DNA of 64,000 nucleotides. Origin: Candidatus Staskawiczbacteria bacterium. GTDB lineage: Bacteria; Patescibacteriota; Minisyncoccia; Minisyncoccales; Staskawiczbacteraceae. The notes beneath the pieces are model-generated. The model was not told the DNA's origin. It ran no database searches and was given only the letters and a program-made list of their open reading frames with translations. Positions 48,080 through 56,573 of this stretch are shown here, piece after piece; position 1 is the stretch's first letter, and every line of letters starts with the position of its first letter. The translations under genes were made by a program, and so were the position numbers. The DNA is taken from positions 16,920-80,919 of the forward strand of contig CAILLM010000002.1 in the NCBI GenBank assembly GCA_903835075.1. The letters run 5' to 3'.

Positions 48080-49604
48080 ATAAGGTAACTTTTTGGGCAT
48101 TATCAAATTGAGACTTAAGATCATCAAGCACCTTTTTCTTTTTAGTTAATGCGCGCATTCTGATTATACTGCTGCTAGCTTCTCCTAACTGTCCTAGACT
48201 ATGCCCGGAATGATAAATTTCAACTTCATCTATAATTATATATCGGTCATGTGATTCAAAGCGTCCTTTATCTTTCAGACTTTCTCTGCAATCAATTTGT
48301 ATTTCTGGATGAAGATTAATGAGTTTTTTCAATTCACCGATACAATCTTCATATTTCTTTTTATTCTCTTGTGATATTAAGAGCTTAAAATTTATTAGCT
48401 TATTTTTAGACAGTATGCTCTCCAATAGGCTAACGATAGTCCCCTTCAAATAATTATCAATAATAAAGATTTCTCGCGTGGCACAAAGGAATATCGTTTC
48501 CAGAAAATTCAACCCCTTATAAAGTTCACCCCGTACAAAATGCTCTTCTTCCGGCCAGTTTTTTATTGGAATAATTTCAAATATTTTTTTTTCAGCTAGG
48601 CTGTTAAATTTTTCTGCGAGTATTCTATATGTATTGTCTCCTTTAGTTTTAATCTGTTTTATGAAATTTATTTTACCCTTAAGGGATTCATAGAAATCTG
48701 TACAATATTTATTTTGGTATTGTGCGCTGGCATTTTTTATTCCGAATTTTTTCCAAATATGTAGCATCATTCGTACCTCTTTTATGAACTCTCTCTTAAC
48801 ATTAGGAAACTTATTAACAATAAGACCAGTGACTTCTTGTCTTTCCGTATAAAAGCGGATCCTTGTTTTGTTAGGATTTATTTCAAATCCATTTCCAACA
48901 ACTATCTCATTTAATTTTGGTCCAGCAATCCATTCGCTAGCACCACCCTCAAGCATATTCTGAGAAAATCCGTTTCTATTATTAGTTGAGAATACTATAT
49001 CGTCAGCGTATCTGGAGTATATGCAATGCTCTTCGTACGCAAAGTGCTGTAATTGATAGTCTAATTTAGAACAAATCATGTTAGAAATTATCGGTGATGT
49101 CGGAGCGCCTTGAGGTAAAACACCCTTATGACAACAGAAACCAGCTATTATTGTAGCGCCATTTTTAGATAAGCCATATGGAAAAGCTTGCAATATGCCA
49201 CGAATTCTTCCAAAATGAATCGTCGGAAAAAAATCTTTTAGATCGATGTTTAGCAATGCTTTATGACGTATGTGTTTCTCGGCATTTGTGATGATGCTTT
49301 TTCCTTGTCGAAAACCGTGTACTGAAGCCCTGCCGATATATATTAAGGAGAGTACATGAGCCAATCTACGTTGAATAAATTTTAATTTATATTTTGGAGA
49401 TAGAATTTGTCTTTTTTCACCAGATTTTTTATTTATAAAAAATTCCGTATAATGTTTTTCTTGATATCTTGTTTCGCCAAATATTCTTTCTAAAGCATAA
49501 GCATTAAATTCAAGTAAGTCAGCAAGCGTCCCAAAATTACTCACTCTGTGAAATTTTTCAATTAATTCATCGTCAGTTGCTTTAAATGATGGTCGCATAT
49601 GCAT
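48078..49604 (-). CDS. Retron-type reverse transcriptase fused to a C-terminal PLD-like (HxR-x4-D) domain
   Basis: RT motifs: ITNAEKHIRHK, DLKDFFPTI, LPQGAPTSPIISN, YSRYADDIVFS, RQEVTGLIVN. About 190 extra C-terminal residues contain FIIDNYL and SHDRYIIIDEVEIYHSGHSL. Start moved to MHMRPSF because the upstream part of the ORF overlaps the a2 repeat. Confidence 0.85.
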   Translation of the reverse strand: MHMRPSFKATDDELIEKFHRVSNFGTLADLLEFNAYALERIFGETRYQEKHYTEFFINKKSGEKRQILSPKYKLKFIQRRLAHVLSLIYIGRASVHGFRQGKSIITNAEKHIRHKALLNIDLKDFFPTIHFGRIRGILQAFPYGLSKNGATIIAGFCCHKGVLPQGAPTSPIISNMICSKLDYQLQHFAYEEHCIYSRYADDIVFSTNNRNGFSQNMLEGGASEWIAGPKLNEIVVGNGFEINPNKTRIRFYTERQEVTGLIVNKFPNVKREFIKEVRMMLHIWKKFGIKNASAQYQNKYCTDFYESLKGKINFIKQIKTKGDNTYRILAEKFNSLAEKKIFEIIPIKNWPEEEHFVRGELYKGLNFLETIFLCATREIFIIDNYLKGTIVSLLESILSKNKLINFKLLISQENKKKYEDCIGELKKLINLHPEIQIDCRESLKDKGRFESHDRYIIIDEVEIYHSGHSLGQLGEASSSIIRMRALTKKKKVLDDLKSQFDNAQKVTL

Positions 49605-49610
49605 ATCTTT

Positions 49611-49755
49611 TTGGGGGCAAAGATATATTCTCACTTTGCGCATGAACATAAGCAAACACTATAACTGCGCCTAGCACGCCACAGGCGTGATCCTATGAAC
49701 TTTTTAAAAATCGCCGCGAATACACAGCGTAATCAATATTTATCTTTGCCCCCAA
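49611..49755 (-). ncRNA. Candidate retron msr-msd non-coding RNA bounded by a1/a2 inverted repeats
   Basis: A perfect 15-bp inverted repeat, ttgggggcaaagata (49611-49625) and tatctttgcccccaa (49741-49755), brackets 115 nt immediately 5' of the RT start. Internal hairpin cacgcc-tgt-ggcgtg. Putative promoter TTGTAT, 17 nt spacer, TAATAT just upstream. Confidence 0.55.
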
Positions 49756-49839
49756 TTTATATTACTAAGCTATATAAATCAATACAAGTCCTATGTGAAA
49801 CTTAGTAAAAAGGTGCATATAATATACGTGTCTTTTTAG

Positions 49840-51156
49840 TTATTCCAATATGATATTTTTATCTTTTAAGATTAGTTTACTTTTTAAGAAGAACAGCAGT
49901 TCGCGTTTTTCAATAAGCGTTCCTTCTCGTAGAAGATATTTTGTATAATTTCTCACGTCGATATCTGAGTTGTGGGTTTCTTTTTTGTGACCTAGTACAC
50001 CAATCCTGAATTTATTAAATCTTGCCAATTCGTTTTCAATTGCATTTTTAACTCCAAGCTCATCCAAGTCAATTTTGTCCATTAAGTTTATAAGCTCTTC
50101 TATTAAGCTCGGCTCATTGATGGCGGGATTTTTGCAGTCTATATTTCTGGCCTTACTACAAAAGTAGTATACGTGGCGATTTACTCCGCCATCTTTAAGC
50201 TTTTTGAATTTCTCGTCAGCAGATATTCCTGATCCACAATATCCACATTTAATCAGCTTGGTGAAGGCGAATTCCTTTGATTCTGTTTTCGGTACAAATT
50301 TTTCGTTTAGGGTTAGTTGCACCTTATCGAATAATTCTTTGCTAATTATTGGTGTATGCTTTCCGTTGTACCAATTGCCACTGCCAATAGGATATTCAAA
50401 CTCACCGTAATAGAATGGATTCCTTAGAATTAGATAAATATTACCAAGCACCAAAGATTTTCCAGTTTTGGTTTTAAATCCTACATTAATGAGCCAACGA
50501 TATGTTTTCCTGCCCGACCATTGTTCGTTAGCAACTTTCTCGAACATCTGCTTTATATAAGGAGCTCGTTTTGGATCTATTCTGCATTGGCATTTTTTAT
50601 CAACGTGCTTTTCATTTAAATATCCAGTTGGTGCTACGCCTGGGCGATACCCCATTTCACAACGGGTTTTTAGTCCACGCTTTACATTGAGGGCCTTATT
50701 GTCATTTTCCAGTTTCGCCTGGCTTCCGAGAATCATTAGCAAAAATTTCTCGTTTGGATTATTGGTAAACCTTTGTCCGTGAGTCCTAATTTCAATGAGT
50801 AATTTTTGATCCATTAAATCTACCACTGAACCCAAGTCCCCTGCGTTTCGGCTGAGCCTGTCAGGCGCCCATGTCAGAATAGCATTATATTTTCCTTCGC
50901 GAATTTCAGTAATCATTTTATTAAAAATGATTCTTTGCCCAACTTCCTTGGATGAGTGAGCTTCGCGCTTAATGTCTATGATGTTTAGGCTATCCCGTTG
51001 TGCCAGCGTCAGCATCTCCTTAACCTGCGATTCTATAGATAATGCTTGTTTATCCTCAGCCTCCGTAGATTTCCTTGCATAGAGACAATATTTGAGTATT
51101 GGTGCGACTATAACGGGGGATTGCCGACTATTTTGTGTTGTTGCTATTTGTTGCAT
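49840..51156 (-). CDS. Large serine recombinase
   Basis: N-terminal resolvase domain (YARKSTEAEDKQALSIESQ), recombinase domain and zinc ribbon (CGYCGSG...YYFCS). 438 aa. Confidence 0.85.
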   Translation of the reverse strand: MQQIATTQNSRQSPVIVAPILKYCLYARKSTEAEDKQALSIESQVKEMLTLAQRDSLNIIDIKREAHSSKEVGQRIIFNKMITEIREGKYNAILTWAPDRLSRNAGDLGSVVDLMDQKLLIEIRTHGQRFTNNPNEKFLLMILGSQAKLENDNKALNVKRGLKTRCEMGYRPGVAPTGYLNEKHVDKKCQCRIDPKRAPYIKQMFEKVANEQWSGRKTYRWLINVGFKTKTGKSLVLGNIYLILRNPFYYGEFEYPIGSGNWYNGKHTPIISKELFDKVQLTLNEKFVPKTESKEFAFTKLIKCGYCGSGISADEKFKKLKDGGVNRHVYYFCSKARNIDCKNPAINEPSLIEELINLMDKIDLDELGVKNAIENELARFNKFRIGVLGHKKETHNSDIDVRNYTKYLLREGTLIEKRELLFFLKSKLILKDKNIILE

Positions 51157-51301
51157 AATTTTTTGTTTAGTTGTTAATATTCCATATTCGACCTTTGCAA
51201 TGACAAGGATGACGCAACCGCGCTAAGGAGTCCAGACCCCGTCAGTTGGTAAGGCTTCGCTTTACGAGGAGCTTTTTTCGGTATAAAATAAAGTAATTAA
51301 T

Positions 51302-52054
51302 ATGCCAATTTTTAATGATTTAAATTTAAATAATTGGAAGGATTCAGAAATTTGGACCGATAGTCTTTGGTTAATTCCTGAAAGAGATAAAACAGGAAAA
51401 CATGACGGATTTTATCATGGTAACTTTGTTCCCCAAATACCTCGTCAACTAATCTTGAGATATACAAAAAAGAACGATGTTATTTTTGATCCTTTTGTTG
51501 GTAGCGGGACAACTGCTTATGAGGCTGAAAGTTTGAGTAGACATTTTATTGGTATTGATATACAGGAAGCTTTAGTTGAGAAATTAAAATCAAGAGTAGA
51601 TAATAATAAATATTTTTCAGAGATTATTCTTGGCGACAGTGCAAAAGAACTTGTTTATGATAAAGTGAATGAAATTTTAGAGAAACAAAAAAAGAAAAAT
51701 ATTAATCTGGCAATTTTACATCCTCCTTATGCCGATATAATTAAATTTAGTGATTCGAAGGACGATTTATCAAACGTAAAATCGCTAAAAGAATTTTTAG
51801 ATAAATTTGCGGAGGTTCTTAAGAATACGATTAAAATTCTTGAAAATGGGAGGTATTTAGCAATTATTATTGGTGATAAATATTCTGCCGGTCAGTGGAT
51901 ACCATTATCTTTTTATTGTATGAATGAAGCTCAAAAATTAGGATTAACACTCAAAAGCGTTATAATAAAGAATATGGCAGGTAATCGTGCCAAACAAAAT
52001 AAGGAAGCGATTTGGCGGGTAGCGCAGAATACACTTGGGTTTGTGACCCAGTAG
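51302..52054 (+). CDS. N6-adenine/N4-cytosine DNA methyltransferase, probably altered or truncated at the 3' end
   Basis: Motif I DPFVGSGTTAYEA and motif IV ILHPPYADI. The reading frame runs into the IMPase fragment. Confidence 0.7.
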   Translation: MPIFNDLNLNNWKDSEIWTDSLWLIPERDKTGKHDGFYHGNFVPQIPRQLILRYTKKNDVIFDPFVGSGTTAYEAESLSRHFIGIDIQEALVEKLKSRVDNNKYFSEIILGDSAKELVYDKVNEILEKQKKKNINLAILHPPYADIIKFSDSKDDLSNVKSLKEFLDKFAEVLKNTIKILENGRYLAIIIGDKYSAGQWIPLSFYCMNEAQKLGLTLKSVIIKNMAGNRAKQNKEAIWRVAQNTLGFVTQ

Positions 52055-52587
52055 ATGGAACCGTGCCATTTTCGCATGGCATACCAGTTTCCACTTTTTC
52101 TTTGGCACTAACAAAAAATGGCGAAAGTATTTTGGGCGTTGTATATGACCCATTTCAGGATAGGCTTTATTCTGCATTAAAAGGCGAAGGGGCATTTTTA
52201 AACGGCAAAAAAATTAGTGTTTCAAGCGCTTCTCAATTTAAAGGAACAGTCGGCGAATATGAAATGTTTGAACACTCAAAATATAATTTAAATAAGTTGC
52301 AAGAGAGGTTTGTTTTTGAAGGGGTAAAACTAATGAGCTTTTGTTCGGTAATATACCCCTCAATGCTTGTGGCAGCAGGCGAGTTGGCGTTTGTAGTTTT
52401 TCCGCTTACCAATGCACATGACGGAGCTGCAGTTAAAATAATTGTTGAAGAGGCGGGAGGTAGGGTCACCGATATTTTTGGTGAAGATCAAAAATATGAT
52501 ACAAAAATAAACGGATTTATTGCTTCAAATGGAATTTTACATAAACAATTGGTTTCTTTATGTAAGGAATTGATAATTAAGCAGTAG
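52012..52587 (+). pseudogene. Inositol monophosphatase family gene lacking its 5' portion
   Basis: Begins about 8 codons before WVCDPVDGT and retains HDGAAVKIIVEEAGG. Only a TTG start is available. The N-terminal region expected in full-length IMPases is absent. Confidence 0.65.
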
Positions 52588-52732
52588 TATAATTACATTA
52601 AAAAATCGCCTAAGGGCGATTTTTTTTGGGCTGAGGCAGTATTTACTTTTTATATATTTATTTACATAGTTTTTTTACTTCTTTTTTGAGTTTTATGATT
52701 ATGCTATAATATAAAAAATATAAGATTTATCT

Positions 52733-54457
52733 TTGATTATGAAAAAATATAGTTTTTTTATTTTGTTGTTTGCTGTGTTGGTGAGTTTATTTTTTTGCGA
52801 TATTGGAATGTCTATGGCAACCGTGCATGGTTCAATAAAAATTATAACTCAACCATTCAGCACAGGCAGTGTTGACTTAACTTTTTCTCAAAAGCCAGTT
52901 GTATCAGTTAAAGATTTAAATAATAGCCCCATACAAGGCGTCACAGTGACTGCAGTTGCTAGCGGGGCCGGGGAATTGAGCGGAGATTTGGCAGAAGTTA
53001 CAGACTCAAATGGGTTAGCTACTTTTGATAATTTAAGTTACAGCGGAGTAGATCCTTTTAAGATTATTTTTGGTTCTAGTGTTGGTAAAGCAACATCCGA
53101 ATCAATGCAGTTATTGCCAGGAGTAGCTAGTGCTTCTAAGTCTTTAATTTATGTAAGCCCATTGACTGTTGTGGCTGACGGAGAATCTTTGGCAACAATA
53201 AAAATTCAGTGTGAAGATCAATACGGAAACATAATACCAGGGGCAGATGTCAAGGTTTCAACTTCCGGTAGTAATAATGTACTTAGCCAGCCAGGTGTTA
53301 AAGATCAGCCAGGTGTTACAACTGTTAATCTTTCATCTACAACAGCTGAATCTAAAACAATTTCAGTAGCAATTAATGGCATAGGCATGGGAAATTCTAG
53401 TCCTGTAAATTTCGTTGCAGGTAGAATTGCAAAATTATCAATCTCTACCGATAGTCCAGTTGATACTGATCATAAGAGTGAGATTATAATTACGGGGAAG
53501 GACAAATTTGATAATATTGTAACCAATGATAGTACAACGCAATTGGCTCTTTCAGCAGATAATGGCGCTTTGTTGGACACATCACTGGCAACATTTAATC
53601 AGGGGGTCATCATGGTCCATTTGAGCAGGGCAAATTCCGGAATAGTAAATGTTTTTGCATCAAAGGGCGATGTAAGCGGCAGCACTAAAGTTGTATTCAA
53701 TTCAGCTGACACAACATCGCCAGTTATTTCAGCTCAGTACCCACTTGGTGGAGCGGAAGACGTGCCGTTGGATGTTATTTCTTATATAAATTTTTCAAAA
53801 AAAATTGACACGGCAACAATTACTGATTATAACGTTCAATTAAGAAAATCATCTGATAATAGTTTGGTAAAAACAACTATTTCTGTAGCTAATGGTGGTA
53901 AACAAATAAGATTCCAACCAGACACTATTTTAAGTCCCGGTGCGAAGTATTATTTATATGTTGGTATTGGAGTGGTTGATTTGTCGGGGAATGCTTTAGA
54001 GTTGCCGTATAGTGGTAATTCGTTCACTACTGCTTCAACAGTTGCCAACAAAATAAGCAATAATATTTCTTCTGGTTCAATAGATGTTAGCGCAATAAAA
54101 AACTCTGACGAAGCAGAGAATATAGTTATTTCTTCTAATAATACAATTGTAGCAAAAGCAGGCAATAAAGAGTCAAAAGAAAATTTATTTAGCTATGCCA
54201 CCGCAGGAATTTTGAATGTGTTAAAGGTTTTTAGTATAGATAAATTTGGCAATTGGCTTGTCTCTAATTTTGTTTGGGCTTTTTTATTCTTAATAGTGGC
54301 ATCGCTGGTATATATATATATATATATTGGTATCTTTACCTTTGATGTTTATTTAACTCGGCAGACGCTTGCCATTTTTTTAAGCTTTGAAAATCCAGAG
54401 AATACAATTACTGCGAGAGTCAATATAATAGTTATTGGAACCGCTATTTTTGTATAA
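52733..54457 (+). CDS. Surface protein with bacterial Ig-like (Big/invasin-type) repeats and a C-terminal TM anchor
   Basis: Signal peptide, repeated beta-rich modules (TVTAVASGAGELSGD..., ATIKIQCEDQYGN...) and a C-terminal hydrophobic helix. The 3' end is uncertain because of the (TA)9 tract. Confidence 0.7.
   Translation: MIMKKYSFFILLFAVLVSLFFCDIGMSMATVHGSIKIITQPFSTGSVDLTFSQKPVVSVKDLNNSPIQGVTVTAVASGAGELSGDLAEVTDSNGLATFDNLSYSGVDPFKIIFGSSVGKATSESMQLLPGVASASKSLIYVSPLTVVADGESLATIKIQCEDQYGNIIPGADVKVSTSGSNNVLSQPGVKDQPGVTTVNLSSTTAESKTISVAINGIGMGNSSPVNFVAGRIAKLSISTDSPVDTDHKSEIIITGKDKFDNIVTNDSTTQLALSADNGALLDTSLATFNQGVIMVHLSRANSGIVNVFASKGDVSGSTKVVFNSADTTSPVISAQYPLGGAEDVPLDVISYINFSKKIDTATITDYNVQLRKSSDNSLVKTTISVANGGKQIRFQPDTILSPGAKYYLYVGIGVVDLSGNALELPYSGNSFTTASTVANKISNNISSGSIDVSAIKNSDEAENIVISSNNTIVAKAGNKESKENLFSYATAGILNVLKVFSIDKFGNWLVSNFVWAFLFLIVASLVYIYIYIGIFTFDVYLTRQTLAIFLSFENPENTITARVNIIVIGTAIFV
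54309..54327. repeat. (TA)9 dinucleotide tract inside a coding sequence
   Basis: tatatatatatatatatat encodes YIYIYI in the TM anchor of the surface protein. Confidence 0.9.
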
Positions 54458-55077
54458 TCATTACCCGTCATTAAAACAAAATCATATAATCCGTGTAGAG
54501 ATACAGCTATTAGTATGCCAATAATTAATGGCATGTATTTTCTTTTTGCTTTGTAGAAAGAAAATGCTAAAAAGTATCCAATAACCGCTGAGCACAAAGT
54601 ATGTAAAAAGGTTGCACCTATAAATCGTACAAGGGTCATAATTAGTGCCCTAGTTACGGTTTGGTCAAAAGACATTGGTCCTGCGGGAGAAAAAAGATAT
54701 AAAATATTTTCTACAGCAGCAAACCCCAATGCAGTAACCACCATGTATAGCATTGCATCAACTGGTTCGTCTAAATGAGGGCTGTTTAAGACTTTTGTTC
54801 TAAACACAAAGTATTTAAAAAATTCTTCAGAAAGAGCTATTATTAGAAACCAATATATAATGCTTGTTGTAGTTGAATCTAGGTTTGATAAGTCTAATAA
54901 CTTGGACAAGCCTATTTGTACAAAAAATACGGGTATGGTTATTAACGCACCCAGCAAAAATATTTTTAAAATCATTTTTTTTGGTTCGGGGTGTAAGTCT
55001 TCTTTCAAATAGAAAGAAAGCCAGACTAAGCTGGGCAATAAACCAAAAATTATATAAATGATAATTATGAAATCCAT
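54349..55077 (-). CDS. PrsW-family intramembrane protease
   Basis: SEEFFKY (EExxK) and HGLYDF (HxxxD) motifs. Polytopic. Confidence 0.7.
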   Translation of the reverse strand: MDFIIIIYIIFGLLPSLVWLSFYLKEDLHPEPKKMILKIFLLGALITIPVFFVQIGLSKLLDLSNLDSTTTSIIYWFLIIALSEEFFKYFVFRTKVLNSPHLDEPVDAMLYMVVTALGFAAVENILYLFSPAGPMSFDQTVTRALIMTLVRFIGATFLHTLCSAVIGYFLAFSFYKAKRKYMPLIIGILIAVSLHGLYDFVLMTGNDYTKIAVPITIILTLAVIVFSGFSKLKKMASVCRVK

Positions 55078-55377
55078 ATTGTATTATTATATCACTTAAG
55101 TTTTGAAACTTCTACTACCATTTTATGAAAAGTTGTGGTATATTAATAACATAAAGGGTCGCGGATAAAATTATTTTAAACATAACCAAAAAAACTATGC
55201 CAACATGGGCTAACGTAAAAAGACTCGGGAGAAGAGTTAAAAAAAGAAAAAGAACTAAGCTTAACAAGAGAAAAAAATAGCTATGATTTTTAAAAACCGG
55301 CAAATTGTCGGTTTTTTGCTTGCACTGAGCCCGTGGAAGTGCTTGTGCTGAGCCTGTTGAAGTATTAGAATAAATAT

Positions 55378-56076
55378 ATGACAGCAGAAGAAATTATAAA
55401 GAAAATAAAATCTCTTGGGAATAAAAGAAATATTGAAGGTATGGCGAGATTTGGTATAAGGCCTAAAACAAAAGTTTTTGGGGTGTCCATGCCAGAATTA
55501 AGAAAAATATCTAAAAATATTATTCGCCAAAATCAGGATAAACAAAAAAACCATAATTTGGCCTTGAAACTTTGGGATTCAGAAATTCATGAGGCTAGAA
55601 TATTGGCTGGGCTTATTGCTGATTCAGAGAAACTAACAGAAACGCAAATAGAAAAATGGGTTAGTGGTTTTGATTCTTGGGATGTAGTAGACCAGGTTTG
55701 TATGAATCTTTTTGATAAGTCAGTCTTAGCAAAGAAAAAAATATCTGAATTTGCGACAAGACAACCAGAATTTGAAAAAAGAACAGCATTTGCCTTGATA
55801 GCTGCGCTGGCCTCTCATGATAAGAAAATGTCAGATAAGGATTTTGTAAACTTTTTTACATTAATTAAGCGTGCATCAATTGATGAAAGAAACTTTGTGC
55901 GTAAAGCAGTAAATTGGGCCTTGCGTGGAATTGGTAAAAGAAATAAAAAACTCAATGAAGAGGCAATAAAATTTGCAAAAGAAATTAAAAAAATAGACTC
56001 TAAGACTGCTAAGTGGATTGCTGCTGATGCAATAAAAGAACTAACAAGTGAAAAAGTTTTAAGCCGATTAAAATGA
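55378..56076 (+). CDS. DNA alkylation repair enzyme (AlkD-like HEAT-repeat family)
   Basis: MARFGI..VFGVSMPELRKI and WDSEIHEARILA patterns typical of PF08713. Confidence 0.75.
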   Translation: MTAEEIIKKIKSLGNKRNIEGMARFGIRPKTKVFGVSMPELRKISKNIIRQNQDKQKNHNLALKLWDSEIHEARILAGLIADSEKLTETQIEKWVSGFDSWDVVDQVCMNLFDKSVLAKKKISEFATRQPEFEKRTAFALIAALASHDKKMSDKDFVNFFTLIKRASIDERNFVRKAVNWALRGIGKRNKKLNEEAIKFAKEIKKIDSKTAKWIAADAIKELTSEKVLSRLK

Positions 56077-56561
56077 AAAAGATTTTTAATAAAATAATAG
56101 ACGACTTTTTTGAAGTGGGGGTCATTATAAAGCTCTTTTTTGGGTTTTTTGAAGTTTTGACTGGAACAATTTTGGCTATTTCGGGTAAATTGATTGTTAA
56201 TAATTTGGTTATTTTTTTGACACAACAAGAAATATCAGAGGATCCAAATGATTTTTTTGCTAATTCTCTTATACAAATTTCAAATGGTATTTCTTCTAGT
56301 CTGCACGTATTTGCAATTGTTTATTTGATTTTTCATGGGGTGGTTAACATTTTCTTGGGAGCTTTCTTATTAAAGGGAAAACTGTGGGCATACCCTGCTG
56401 CTATTGGAGTTTTTTTCCCATTTTTGATATATCAAATATATAGATATTTCCATACTCATTCTTTGGCTCTAATATTTTTGAGTATTTTTGACGCATTTGT
56501 AATGTGGATTATATTTATGGAATATAATAAAAAAATTGCTAAATTAAATAAGCCTGTTTAG
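56073..56561 (+). CDS. DUF2127-like membrane protein
   Basis: 162 aa, 4 TM segments. Weak family recollection. Confidence 0.4.
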   Translation: MKKIFNKIIDDFFEVGVIIKLFFGFFEVLTGTILAISGKLIVNNLVIFLTQQEISEDPNDFFANSLIQISNGISSSLHVFAIVYLIFHGVVNIFLGAFLLKGKLWAYPAAIGVFFPFLIYQIYRYFHTHSLALIFLSIFDAFVMWIIFMEYNKKIAKLNKPV

Positions 56562-56573
56562 AAAAATAAAAAA

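Larger units (their letters stand above)
47961..52020. mobile_element. Putative integrated element (retron, large serine recombinase, DNA MTase) next to tRNA-Gln
   Basis: Recombinase, defence-type and modification genes lie between a tRNA 3' end and a truncated housekeeping gene. Boundaries are approximate. Confidence 0.45.

Noticed and set aside
49605-49655. N-terminal 17 codons of the RT ORF as given in the ORF track (MLMFMRKVRIYLCPQKD)
   Set aside because: This stretch coincides with the a2 inverted repeat and the end of the putative msd. The retron layout and the downstream ATGs at 49604 and 49598 make a later start more plausible.
48078-49655. Possibility that the RT belongs to a diversity-generating retroelement or a group II intron
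   Set aside because: No template/variable repeat pair or target gene is visible nearby, and no intron RNA domains or maturase/endonuclease domains are present. The RT has the retron-type NAxxH and VTG features and an upstream a1/a2-like repeat.
51190-51275. GC-rich non-coding stretch between the divergent recombinase and methyltransferase genes, as a possible tRNA fragment or att site
   Set aside because: No cloverleaf or T-loop could be folded, and no matching repeat was found at the other island edge. It may simply be a shared regulatory region.
55115-55303. 62-aa hydrophobic ORF between the PrsW-like and AlkD-like genes
   Set aside because: Its start overlaps a terminator-like hairpin (aaccggcaaattgtcggtt), and the sequence is low-complexity Leu/Phe-rich, as expected from AT/T-rich DNA. 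Support for coding is insufficient.
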